A DNA stretch of 64,000 bases from an uncultured bacterium (GTDB lineage: Bacteria; Planctomycetota; UBA1135; UBA2386), in contig CAXBFC010000001.1 in assembly GCA_963974725.1 (NCBI GenBank), positions 471 to 64,470 of the forward strand, given 5' to 3'. The translations under genes were made by a program, and so were the position numbers. The notes beneath the pieces are model-generated. The model worked only from the letters and a program-made list of their open reading frames with translations. It did no database searches and was not told where the DNA came from. This document shows, piece by piece, positions 34,758 through 44,222 of the stretch; the first letter of the stretch is position 1; every line of letters starts with the position of its first letter.

Positions 34758-35291
34758 TCAGCTCCGAGCCGACATCGCTCGGCGGTGGCGCAGGGTCGAC
34801 GGCGCCACGCCGTGCTCCGCGGAGACAGGCAAGCCGCGCACGCGGCAACTGTTTGCAACCATGGCCGCGTGATGCACGGTGTGGCTGAGCACGAACTGCA
34901 ACTCGCGGCCGAGTGAAGATTGCTGCCACGCGACCTCACCTTTGCTGGACGAGGCGGTGCGCACATGCACCGGCGCCGCCATATCGGCCGTCAACAAAGC
35001 CGGGCGCAACTCTTTGAGCAAGCCGCGGACCTTGCCGAGCGCTCGATCGCGATCGCATTCAATCTCGGGACAACGCGCGCGGTCGTCGTAGTCAAACTTC
35101 TGCATGGCGATGCCATCCGAGAGCGTGACGTAGTGGTCGATGCAGTGGCGAACGTGCTGACCAATCGTGGCGCCAGCCAATTCCGGAACGGCGGCGCAGT
35201 AATCCTCCGCAGGCAGCAGGCTCACGTGATCGGCAAAGGTCGCCAGGGAGTCGCAAACTGCGCCAACTAGATTCTCGGGTGCCGTCATCAA
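34758..35291 (-). CDS. DinB-family (DinB_2-like) metal-dependent protein
   Basis: 177-aa ORF. His-containing helices IGQHVRHCIDHY and LSHTVHHAAM. Confidence 0.65.
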   Translation of the reverse strand: MMTAPENLVGAVCDSLATFADHVSLLPAEDYCAAVPELAGATIGQHVRHCIDHYVTLSDGIAMQKFDYDDRARCPEIECDRDRALGKVRGLLKELRPALLTADMAAPVHVRTASSSKGEVAWQQSSLGRELQFVLSHTVHHAAMVANSCRVRGLPVSAEHGVAPSTLRHRRAMSARS

Positions 35292-35303
35292 CTTCTCGTA
35301 AGA

Positions 35304-37061
35304 CTACGCCTCAGGAACGTCTTGGGCCAGGGCGCTCGATACTGGCTTGCTGCCATCCGGTTCCGTCGGGATCACTTCGGCGGCCGGCGCCTCGAACCTC
35401 GGGCGCCGCATGGCGGTCACCAACACACTCCATAATTGCCCGAACGTCGCCGGGGCATGACCTGCTCGTCGATTGTGCGCACCGATGCGACTGGCGCGGC
35501 GCAGGTGGGCGATCATGTCGAGCACGCCTCGATACCATGGGTAACCCGGCTGGTAGACGTGCGCGGCTTCGCCGGTCACACCGTTGAACTCGAGCACGGC
35601 AACGCCATGGCCCGCGCGCAATGCCTGCTTGCTCGGAACGCGGACATCGAACCGACCAAAGTCGACCCCCGGCACATCTGCCATGAAGGACTCGAACGAT
35701 TGCTGCAGTTCGGCCGAGGTCAAATCGCGCGCATCGAAGAACGTCGCGCCGCAGGAATGCGTCCCGAGATCGCCGAGCGAGACCCGTTCGCCGGCCGCTG
35801 GCACCCAGCCAAGTCGCGATGCCTGCGCCTTCAAGTGCAGCCGCGACATCGCCAGGGTGCGATCCCCGGCGAGAATCAAGTCTTCGAGGCAGCGCTCGCC
35901 ATCACCGACCAACGATGGCAAGACCTTGTGCGCGATCGAGTGGATTTCGCCCAAGCCGGTCTCGGGACTGCGACACCACGCGACGCCGAACTCCTCGCCC
36001 GCGATGAACTCCTGCACGATCGCGTCATACGGGCAGCTTGCCAACCAGGCACGTGCCGAAGCCTCGTCCTTGACGACCACCACGCCCGCGCCGCGCTCGC
36101 CTTGATCGGGCTTGAGCACGCAACGCCCCGCCTCAAGGAACGTGCTGACGGCGGCCATGCGTTCTTCGATCGGCGTCTTGCGCGGCAGCCGCTGGTAGGC
36201 AGCGACGAACACCCCATCGCGGGACGAAGCAGGAAACAAGTCGAGGATGTCGCCCTTCGACTCACCGAACAAACCGCCGAACGGGATATCTCGATTGCAT
36301 GCGCTGAACACGAGCGGCGTGCGATGCACGATCGCCGTCCACAGCTGATGCAGCACAACCGGCGGGAACACAAAAACTGGCGGCCAGTACTCCCAGCGCG
36401 TGAGGCGGCGAAAACTGCCGAGCAACAGCCGCCGCCCGCGCCACGAAAACATGTAGGTCAGAACGCGCAACACGCACCACGCAACCAGCAAGGCACACGG
36501 CACCGCAACCCACGCGTAGGCACCCCACGCAGCCAACCATTCGAGCACTACTTTGCCCGAGATCATGGCTGCGGCGACCAGCAACGGCGTCCAGATCACC
36601 ACGGCGACTGCCATCACCGCTGCAAAGCGCCATAGGGACCAACCGATCGCGCCAGCGGCGAGATAGCTCGGCACCCGCGTGCCCGGCAGGAAGCGGGACG
36701 TGAACAAGATCTTGGTGCCGTGCTGGTCGAACGCGCGGCGCCACGAACTCTTGCTCATGCGCTCCATCTTGCGCTTGGCCCAACCCCATCGCAGCAGGCC
36801 GCGCGCCATCAGCCAGCCAATCAGATAGAGCCCGATATCCCCGAGCCAGATGCCGAGCGTGCACGCGATCGTCGCCGTCAAGTAGTCGATGTGGCCATCG
36901 GCGGCAAAGATGCCCGCGGCGACGCACGACAGGTCTTCCGTAATGAACGTGCCGAAAAACAGCGACCCGGGCAGCCAGACTCCCGCAACGCCCACGCCGA
37001 ACAGGGCGGGCAACCAGCCGTCGGGCTTCTGTGCGGATAGTGCGAGGAGCGATTTCAGCAA
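35304..37061 (-). CDS. fusion protein: N-terminal DedA/VTT-type membrane domain + C-terminal ATP-grasp ligase domain
   Basis: 585-aa ORF. About 250 aa of polytopic membrane region, then VLKPDQGERGAGVVVV...IVQEFIAGEEFGV...VLEFNGVTGE, which resembles ATP-grasp carboxylate-amine ligases. Confidence 0.7.
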   Translation of the reverse strand: MLKSLLALSAQKPDGWLPALFGVGVAGVWLPGSLFFGTFITEDLSCVAAGIFAADGHIDYLTATIACTLGIWLGDIGLYLIGWLMARGLLRWGWAKRKMERMSKSSWRRAFDQHGTKILFTSRFLPGTRVPSYLAAGAIGWSLWRFAAVMAVAVVIWTPLLVAAAMISGKVVLEWLAAWGAYAWVAVPCALLVAWCVLRVLTYMFSWRGRRLLLGSFRRLTRWEYWPPVFVFPPVVLHQLWTAIVHRTPLVFSACNRDIPFGGLFGESKGDILDLFPASSRDGVFVAAYQRLPRKTPIEERMAAVSTFLEAGRCVLKPDQGERGAGVVVVKDEASARAWLASCPYDAIVQEFIAGEEFGVAWCRSPETGLGEIHSIAHKVLPSLVGDGERCLEDLILAGDRTLAMSRLHLKAQASRLGWVPAAGERVSLGDLGTHSCGATFFDARDLTSAELQQSFESFMADVPGVDFGRFDVRVPSKQALRAGHGVAVLEFNGVTGEAAHVYQPGYPWYRGVLDMIAHLRRASRIGAHNRRAGHAPATFGQLWSVLVTAMRRPRFEAPAAEVIPTEPDGSKPVSSALAQDVPEA

Positions 37062-37192
37062 GACGAGGGCAGTCTACGGTGGAACGCGTGCGGGCCCAGG
37101 AGACGTTGGCGGCGTTGTTACGAAATGCGCGGACTCGCGTACCGACGAATCCCTATCGTCGGTTGGGTCCGAGTCCCCCACCGCCATTGATC

Positions 37193-40138
37193 ATGATCGC
37201 GAAGCACCTGCCTACCGCTCTCCTCTCCCTACTGCTGGTCGAATCAAGCCTCGCGCAAGAACTGCCGAAGCTTGACGCGCTGGCCTACCGCAGCATCGGC
37301 CCGTCGCGCGGCGGCCGAGCCACCGCCGTGTGCGGCGACGTGCAAAACGTCGGCACGTTCTACATGGGCGCGACCGGCGGCGGCGTCTGGAAGACCGTCG
37401 ACTTCGGCACGCGCTGGAGCAACGTCTCGGACGGCTTCTTTAAAAGCCCGTCGATCGGCGCCATCCGCGTTGCGACCACCGACTCGAACTTGATTTGGGT
37501 TGGCACTGGCTCCGACGGCATCCGCAGCAATGTGATTCCGGGACGCGGCATCTACAAGTCGACCGACGCCGGCAAGACGTGGGACTTCATGGGGCTTGAG
37601 AATGCCGGCCAAATCGGCGCCGTCGAGATCCACCCCACCGATCACGACATCGTGTTCGTCGCAGCGATCGGCAACGCCTTCGTCCCCAACAAGGATCGCG
37701 GCGTCTACCGCACCAAGGATGGCGGCAAGACGTGGCAACTCGTGTTCCACGTCTCGCCAACATGCGGCGCGGTCGACCTTGAGATCCATCCGGCCAACCC
37801 CGACATGATCTACGCATCGATGTGGGAAGGCGAACGCAAGCCGTGGACCGTCAAGAGCGGCGGCACGCAGGGCGGCGTCTGGCGCACTGCCGACGGCGGG
37901 GACACATGGAAGCAACTGGGCAATGGCTTGCCGACCGGCATCGTTGGCAAGAGCGACCTCGCGGTTTCGTTCTCATCGCCGGACACTCTTTACGTGCTAA
38001 TGGAAGCCAAGGAGAAGCCGGGGCTGTATCGCTCCGACGACTACGGCGAGACGTTTCAGTTTGTCAGCAACCAACGCGGCCTGCTCGATCGTCCGTTCTA
38101 CTACTGCAACATCGATTGCGACCCGAGCAACGCCGAGCGCATCATCGTCAATGCAACCGGCTGCCAGGAGTCGACCGATGGTGGCAAGAAGTGGCGACGC
38201 CGCTTCACTCCACATGGTGACAACCACGAGACTTGGATCCATCCGGAGGACCCCAAGTTGATGGTGCAGTGCAACGACGGTGGCGCCAACGTCACCACCG
38301 ACGGCGGCACGACGTGGTCCAAGCAGGACAACCAACCAACCGCCGAGCTCTACCAGGTCGCGGTCGATGATCGCTTCCCCTACTGGGTCTACGCTGGCCA
38401 ACAGGACAACTCGACGATTCGCGTGCCAAGCCGCGCACCGTATTCTTCGCTGGCCGGAACCAAAGGCTTGTGGCAATCCGTCGGCGGCTGCGAAACCGGA
38501 CCTGCGGTGCCGAAACCGGGCGATCACGACATCGTCTACGCCAACTGCAAGGGGCGCTTTGGTGTCTACAACCATCGCACCGGCCAAGAGCAGCACTACT
38601 ACGTCGGTGCCGAGAGCCTCTACGGCCACAACCCGCGCGACCTGCAATATCGCTTCCAACGCGTCGCGCCGATTTCGCTGTCGCCGCATGACCCCGAAGC
38701 GGTCTACCACGGCTCCCAATTCCTGCACCGTTCGCGCGATGGCGGCAAGACCTGGCAGACGATCTCGCCAGACCTGACCGCCTTCGAGGCCGACAAGCAA
38801 GTCGACTCGGGCTACCCGATCACGCGCGACATCACCGGCGAAGAGTACTACTCAACGCTCTACGAGATCGCCGAGTCCCCCGTGCAGAAGGGAGTGATCT
38901 GGACCGGTGCCAACGACGGCCCGATCCATGTGACGCGCGACGATGGCAAGAACTGGCTCGACGTCACGCCCAACATGCCGAAGGGTGGCCGGGTGCAAAC
39001 CATCGAACCGTCGCAGTTCGACGCCGGCACGGCGTATGCGTGTGTGCTGCGGTATCTCCTCGGCGACCAGACGCCGCACCTCTACAAGACCGACAACTTC
39101 GGTGCCACCTGGCAACGCATCGCCAACGGCCTGCCGGCCAACTGTCCGGTCCGGGTCCTGCGCGAAGACCCGGTCGACAAGAACGTGCTATTCCTTGGCA
39201 CCGAATGGGGCATGTATCTGTCGCTCGATGCCGGCAAGTCATGGCGCAGCTTCCAACAGAACCTGCCAGTAACCCCGATCACCGACATGGTCATCCACCA
39301 CGATGATCTGGTCGTGTCGACGATGGGACGTTCGTTCTGGATCCTCGACGACATCTCCGCAGTGCGCGGCCTGAAGGGCACTGACATCAGCGCCGCCACG
39401 CTGCTGAAGCCACGAGTAGCCGTTCGCACCCGACTGCGCGGCGCCGGCGCCAACCTGCACTACGTGCTGCCCGAGAACGCCAAGGGCTTGCAGATCGAGA
39501 TCCGCGACCTGTCGAAGGCAAAGCCCGAACTGATTCGCACGATCAAGGCCAGCACGCGCCAGACCGGTGGCCGCCAAGGCCAACGCGACCAAGGCATGCT
39601 CGCACCGTTCCGTCGTGGTGGTGGTGGCCGCGGGCTCAGCGCCGAAGCCGGCCTGCACCGCTACACGTGGGACATGCGCCGCGATGGCGTCAGTGGCCGG
39701 GGCCCCTTGGTCGCTGCCGGCACCTACGAGATCTGCCTGGTGCATGCCGATGGCGTCAGCACGCAGCGACTGACGCTGACGATGGATCCGAGGCTCGCGG
39801 CTGAAGGCATCACGAAGGAAGACCTGCAAGCGCAGTCGGACCTGATCCTCGAAGTGCAAGCACTGTCGGCACGGACCAGCAAGCTGGTTGCCGACATTCG
39901 CCGCTTGTCCCGCGCCCAGATGATGAAGGAACGCGGCGACAAGCTCGACGCGCTGCGCGCCCGACTGGTCAACGCAAGCGGTGCCTACCCGCGGCAGATG
40001 CTGCAATCGCAGGTTCGCTACCTGAGCGGCATGATCGATCGCGCCGACCAACGACCGGGCAAGGATGCCTACGTTCGCTTGCAGCAACTGCAGAAGGCCA
40101 TCGCTGCCTGCGAAGCGGACCTCAAGGCGCTCAACTGA
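37193..40138 (+). CDS. sortilin/Vps10-like BNR-repeat beta-propeller protein (large paralog)
   Basis: ORF 37031..40138. ATG at 37193 gives MIAKHLPTALLSLLLVESSLAQE. Repeated SxDxGxTW motifs (STDAGKTWDF, TKDGGKTWQL, TADGGDTWKQ, STDGGKKW, TTDGGTTWSK, SRDGGKTWQT, TRDDGKNW, SLDAGKSW). Confidence 0.85.
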   Translation: MIAKHLPTALLSLLLVESSLAQELPKLDALAYRSIGPSRGGRATAVCGDVQNVGTFYMGATGGGVWKTVDFGTRWSNVSDGFFKSPSIGAIRVATTDSNLIWVGTGSDGIRSNVIPGRGIYKSTDAGKTWDFMGLENAGQIGAVEIHPTDHDIVFVAAIGNAFVPNKDRGVYRTKDGGKTWQLVFHVSPTCGAVDLEIHPANPDMIYASMWEGERKPWTVKSGGTQGGVWRTADGGDTWKQLGNGLPTGIVGKSDLAVSFSSPDTLYVLMEAKEKPGLYRSDDYGETFQFVSNQRGLLDRPFYYCNIDCDPSNAERIIVNATGCQESTDGGKKWRRRFTPHGDNHETWIHPEDPKLMVQCNDGGANVTTDGGTTWSKQDNQPTAELYQVAVDDRFPYWVYAGQQDNSTIRVPSRAPYSSLAGTKGLWQSVGGCETGPAVPKPGDHDIVYANCKGRFGVYNHRTGQEQHYYVGAESLYGHNPRDLQYRFQRVAPISLSPHDPEAVYHGSQFLHRSRDGGKTWQTISPDLTAFEADKQVDSGYPITRDITGEEYYSTLYEIAESPVQKGVIWTGANDGPIHVTRDDGKNWLDVTPNMPKGGRVQTIEPSQFDAGTAYACVLRYLLGDQTPHLYKTDNFGATWQRIANGLPANCPVRVLREDPVDKNVLFLGTEWGMYLSLDAGKSWRSFQQNLPVTPITDMVIHHDDLVVSTMGRSFWILDDISAVRGLKGTDISAATLLKPRVAVRTRLRGAGANLHYVLPENAKGLQIEIRDLSKAKPELIRTIKASTRQTGGRQGQRDQGMLAPFRRGGGGRGLSAEAGLHRYTWDMRRDGVSGRGPLVAAGTYEICLVHADGVSTQRLTLTMDPRLAAEGITKEDLQAQSDLILEVQALSARTSKLVADIRRLSRAQMMKERGDKLDALRARLVNASGAYPRQMLQSQVRYLSGMIDRADQRPGKDAYVRLQQLQKAIAACEADLKALN

Positions 40139-40147
40139 GTGCCTGAA

Positions 40148-40207
40148 GCCGGACGCCCTGAGGCCGGGCACCATTAGGCCCGACGCCCTGAGGCCCGACT
40201 CCTAGAG
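40148..40207. repeat. 15-bp tandem repeat x4 (gcccgacgccctgag-like), intergenic between convergent genes
   Basis: Four consecutive 15-mers, ending in TGAG (units 1 and 3), TTAG (unit 2) or TAGAG (unit 4), starting 10 nt after the stop at 40138. Confidence 0.8.
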
Positions 40208-40222
40208 ACAGAACCGCGGGCG

Positions 40223-41569
40223 CTACTGACCAATCGTCAAAAGCGCCGGGCTGCTCACTCGCAGCGTCGACAAGTTGACGTCGATGCTCTGCAGGATCAG
40301 TTCGAGGCCAGCCAATGCAGCAATGGCTGGCACCTGCACCGGCGTGCTGCCGAGCCCGCTTGCATCCAACGTGGTCAACGCGAGCAACGCCGCACTGGCC
40401 GGCAGAACGTGCAACGACTGCACGTTCGGCAGCATGACTGGATCGATGCCGGCGAACGCCACAAACACCGCGTGGGTTGCCGAGGCGTTGCCGGCGCTGC
40501 TGATATCCAGCAACTGGCCCGGAGTCGCCGCCGACGGATACAGCGCGAGCGTCGTGCGAATAGCCGTCTCCGCGACTTCCGTGGCGCCCGGTGCCACAGC
40601 CAGGACTGCCGGCATCGTCGTCAAGCCCGTGCCGTCGAGGCCTGGCACCAAGACGACATCCGCGGCGTAGCGCACCGTGCCATTGTCGCGCACGCGCACA
40701 GCTGCACCACCTGCGGTCCAATCGATGGCCGACAACAAGACGCCTTCGCCACCTTCGACCAAGTTGTCGGGCCCCCCGGCGATGACGGCCTCGGAGTTGT
40801 CCAAGTCGATTCCCTCCTCGCCTGGGTAGCCGTAGATATCCCACCACACGAAACCGAAGTGTGCCCCGCCGCGACCGCCGATCGCCGCCGTTCGTGACAA
40901 GTGCACCGTCGAGCTAGCGAGCGCGACGATCGCATCACCACCATAGCCTTCCCAACCGTGGCCACCGCGGATCGAACATGCATTGCACCAGATCCGACTG
41001 TTGTGGGTCTCGACGCCAGACGACGCTCGCTGCCACTGCGCCTGTTGCGGTGGCCACGAACCGTGCAAGACGCACGACTGCAACAGCACTGCACTGCAGT
41101 TCTCTACAAGCAAGACTGCTTGGTCAACGTTCGAGGCCGACACGCTCTGCGGCAACGAAACCACACCCAGCAACTCGATGCGACCGGCACATTGGTTCAA
41201 GTGGACCCTTGGCGCCGAAGAGTTACGCGTGACATCCAACGACAAGCCAGAAACCCGCACGGTCTGACCTGCCGGCAACTGCGTGACTTCGATCGCAGCC
41301 GCCGTTGAGCCGAGCGGCCACGAAATCACGCACGGCGCCGGACCGACCCGAACGATCGAGATGGACTGGCTGACAACGAACGGTTCGTAGGTGCCGCCTT
41401 GCACGAAGATCTTCGCGCCGAGTGGCGCTGCGGCAACCGCTGCAGAGATCTGCTGGTAGCTCGCGCCAGATCCCGGCGGGCCAACCGTGATCTGCGCCAA
41501 CGCCAGCGAGGCAACGCCTAGCACGGAGGCCGCAAGCAACGCGCTGCGACGAACAAGTAAGGACTGCAT
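40223..41569 (-). CDS. secreted right-handed parallel beta-helix protein with shared C-terminal module
   Basis: 448-aa ORF with signal peptide MQSLLVRRSALLAASVLGVASLALAQ. SYQQISAAVAAAPLGAKIFVQGGTY. C-terminus VQVPAIAALAGLELILQSI. Paralog-like to 27378..28586. Confidence 0.8.
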   Translation of the reverse strand: MQSLLVRRSALLAASVLGVASLALAQITVGPPGSGASYQQISAAVAAAPLGAKIFVQGGTYEPFVVSQSISIVRVGPAPCVISWPLGSTAAAIEVTQLPAGQTVRVSGLSLDVTRNSSAPRVHLNQCAGRIELLGVVSLPQSVSASNVDQAVLLVENCSAVLLQSCVLHGSWPPQQAQWQRASSGVETHNSRIWCNACSIRGGHGWEGYGGDAIVALASSTVHLSRTAAIGGRGGAHFGFVWWDIYGYPGEEGIDLDNSEAVIAGGPDNLVEGGEGVLLSAIDWTAGGAAVRVRDNGTVRYAADVVLVPGLDGTGLTTMPAVLAVAPGATEVAETAIRTTLALYPSAATPGQLLDISSAGNASATHAVFVAFAGIDPVMLPNVQSLHVLPASAALLALTTLDASGLGSTPVQVPAIAALAGLELILQSIDVNLSTLRVSSPALLTIGQ

Positions 41570-41670
41570 GGCTTCTCCTGAAGTTTCCCAGTCAACCGCG
41601 AGACGGACCGCAATCGACAGACAAGACGTGGGGACGAGACGCGCATTCTAACCACAGACACAACCGGGCA

Positions 41671-42546
41671 TTGCCAAAGCGGCTGCATCAAGGCCAAGAT
41701 CCCCTCATGGATGAACGTCGCGTGCCGTGCAGCAAGCAGCAGCTAGACCGCTACCTGCAGCGAGTTGCGGTAACAGCTCCGGTCGCAGCAAACGAATCCA
41801 CCTTGCTCGCCTTGCACGCAGCACACCTCGGTGCCATCCCGTTCGAGAACCTCGAGATCCATCTCGGCCGTGCGATGCGGATCGAGCCCGACGCGCTGTT
41901 CGAAGATCTGGTCGATCGTCGCCGCGGTGGCTACTGCTTCCAGATGAACGAGCTGTTGGCGCGCGTCTTGCTCGCCATCGGCTTTGAAGTCGAACGCTTC
42001 GCCGCGCGCGTTTGGCTGCGCAATTCGAGCCGGATGCCACCTCGCTCGCACCAAGTGCTGCGTGTGCGCACGGTGGACGGTCGCCACTGGCTGTGCGACG
42101 TTGGCTTCGGCGGCGGCAGCCCGCTGAGACCCTTGCCCTTCGAGATGCAACGAATCGATGAGCAACCGCTCGAAAGCTATCGCATGCACACCCACGAGGA
42201 CTACGGCATCGTGCTGCAGCGGCGCAGTGTGGAACCCGACACCCGAGAATGGAGCGACATGATCTCGTTCGGCACCGAAGATCAATGGCCGACCGACTTC
42301 CGCTACAGCAACCACTCGATCTCGACGATGCCGGACTCGCGCTTCGTATTGCATCGCGTCGTGTCCCGCGCGCAACCCGACTTGCGCCAGTCGTTGTTTG
42401 ACGGCACGTTTCGCGAAACTCGCGCAACCGGCGTCACCGAACGCGTGCTCGATGCTGCAGAGGAAGAACGCGTCTTGCGCGAGACGTTTGCGCTCGATCT
42501 ACCGACCCCGCTGGTCTGGCAGCCGCGCGACGCTCACCTCAGGTAG
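41671..42546 (+). CDS. arylamine N-acetyltransferase (NAT family)
   Basis: IPFENLEIHLGR, catalytic-Cys motif RRGGYCFQMNELL, HQVLRV, LCDVGFGG. The start could instead be the ATG at 41707. Confidence 0.85.
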   Translation: MPKRLHQGQDPLMDERRVPCSKQQLDRYLQRVAVTAPVAANESTLLALHAAHLGAIPFENLEIHLGRAMRIEPDALFEDLVDRRRGGYCFQMNELLARVLLAIGFEVERFAARVWLRNSSRMPPRSHQVLRVRTVDGRHWLCDVGFGGGSPLRPLPFEMQRIDEQPLESYRMHTHEDYGIVLQRRSVEPDTREWSDMISFGTEDQWPTDFRYSNHSISTMPDSRFVLHRVVSRAQPDLRQSLFDGTFRETRATGVTERVLDAAEEERVLRETFALDLPTPLVWQPRDAHLR

Positions 42547-44213
42547 TGAACCAACACGCGCTCGTTGCGGCCCGCAATCGGCCCCAGAGGTGGCTGTTCG
42601 AGCAGCATCTTTGGCGATTCTCCCATGAAGCAGCGCACGCCTTCGAGCACGACCACGATCGTGACGGTGCTCCACATCAGCCGCTTGATCCAAATGGCCG
42701 ATAACCGCGCGAGCAACAAACGCTCGACCGCGATCGCCCACAACAACGCCAACGACGGGATGCACAACGCGCCCATCCGTGCGTAGCCAAAGAACAGCAC
42801 GATCGCGAGCAGCTTGCTCAGCGTGAACAGCACGAACGGCACCACCCCCGAGAGACTGCGCGCCGACCACAATCCAAACAGCGCCAACGCCAACAGCAAG
42901 CCGCGCCAAACCGCAGCGATGCCGGTCATCGCCACCGTCATGTCCACCGGTTCCCGCACGCCCGACATGCCGAGCGGCATCGAGTAGCTGCCAACGCCAG
43001 TCGCCATGCCACGCCACGAGTGCAGCAGCTTCTGCCCCATCAACCACAGCGCCCAGCCGGGGCGAGCAAGCCACCGGTCGAGGCCGATGCGGTAGCCGTG
43101 GTTGATGATCTCCAGGTGCGGCGGGTAGTCGAAGCGCAACGGCCCGTTCGGCTGCAAACAGACTTGGATGTCCGGCGAATAGCGCTCGACGCCACCCTTG
43201 AGCGGCGGTCGATGATCGAGTGCCGTGCGAGAGAACGTTCCGGTGCTCGTCTCGTAGTTGGCGAGGCAGAAGTTCATCGGCCCATACATCACCAGCAACG
43301 GCGTCGACAACGGTTCTGGCCGATAGCCGTAGGCTTCATCGAGCACCGCGAGATCACTGACGCGAACGCGCGTGCCGCCGCGCATCTTGACGGTGTCGTT
43401 GACGAACCCGAACGTCGAGTAGCGAATGAACGCTGGCGTTCTGCTGAGGATATCGAGCGCGTCAAGATCCCATGGAAGAGCCAGTGGCGGCCCGGGGAAT
43501 GGCTTTGGTGGCCGACCGGGAAAGCCCTGTTTGTTCACCCGGGAAACCATGTCGGACGCCTGCACCTGCCACGGCACGAACGTCGCAAACATCGCGATCG
43601 CAGCCACCCCGGCAACCATGCGACCGTGCGGACGCGCGCGCACAAACAACCACAGCAACGCCATGCCAGCGAACGCCAGGTGTTCGGCGCGGAAGTAACA
43701 CGCGATCGCCTGCAACACGCCAAACAGAATCGCCGCAGAGATGCTCACTTTGTGGCGAAGGGTCTGCAACGGAAACAGGCCGAGCACAAACAGCAACAAG
43801 TATGGAATGCCGGAGTGCAGGCCACTGCCGATGACCACGAGTGCGGAACTGACGGCGCAGATGCCACCAGTTAGCAGAGCGACGCGCTCGGAAAAGCTGC
43901 GCCGCAACAGCAGGTACAACAGCGGTGCTAGCAGCGCGCCCAGCACCACCATGACGGCGCGTGCAAACCCGAACGAGCTGCCATCGGTCAGCCATGGCAT
44001 CAGCCAGGACATGCCGGGTGGATGCAGCGGCAACGCGTTCTGCATGTCGCCGTCGCCGCGCAGCAACATCTGCAACCACTTCGGGGTGTCGCCTTCGTAG
44101 GCAATCGAGTTGGGCAACTCGCGATCGGGCGTCGCCAACCAAAAGCACGTTCGGACGAACGCGCCGAGGACAAACAGACTCAGCGCTCGGTAACGGCTTG
44201 ATGCAACACTCAT
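42534..44213 (-). CDS. polytopic membrane glycosyltransferase-like protein (GT39/ArnT/PMT-like)
   Basis: 559-aa ORF with many TM segments and a soluble region. Function assigned from overall architecture only. Confidence 0.5.
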   Translation of the reverse strand: MSVASSRYRALSLFVLGAFVRTCFWLATPDRELPNSIAYEGDTPKWLQMLLRGDGDMQNALPLHPPGMSWLMPWLTDGSSFGFARAVMVVLGALLAPLLYLLLRRSFSERVALLTGGICAVSSALVVIGSGLHSGIPYLLLFVLGLFPLQTLRHKVSISAAILFGVLQAIACYFRAEHLAFAGMALLWLFVRARPHGRMVAGVAAIAMFATFVPWQVQASDMVSRVNKQGFPGRPPKPFPGPPLALPWDLDALDILSRTPAFIRYSTFGFVNDTVKMRGGTRVRVSDLAVLDEAYGYRPEPLSTPLLVMYGPMNFCLANYETSTGTFSRTALDHRPPLKGGVERYSPDIQVCLQPNGPLRFDYPPHLEIINHGYRIGLDRWLARPGWALWLMGQKLLHSWRGMATGVGSYSMPLGMSGVREPVDMTVAMTGIAAVWRGLLLALALFGLWSARSLSGVVPFVLFTLSKLLAIVLFFGYARMGALCIPSLALLWAIAVERLLLARLSAIWIKRLMWSTVTIVVVLEGVRCFMGESPKMLLEQPPLGPIAGRNERVLVHYLR

Positions 44214-44222
44214 GGATGCTTG

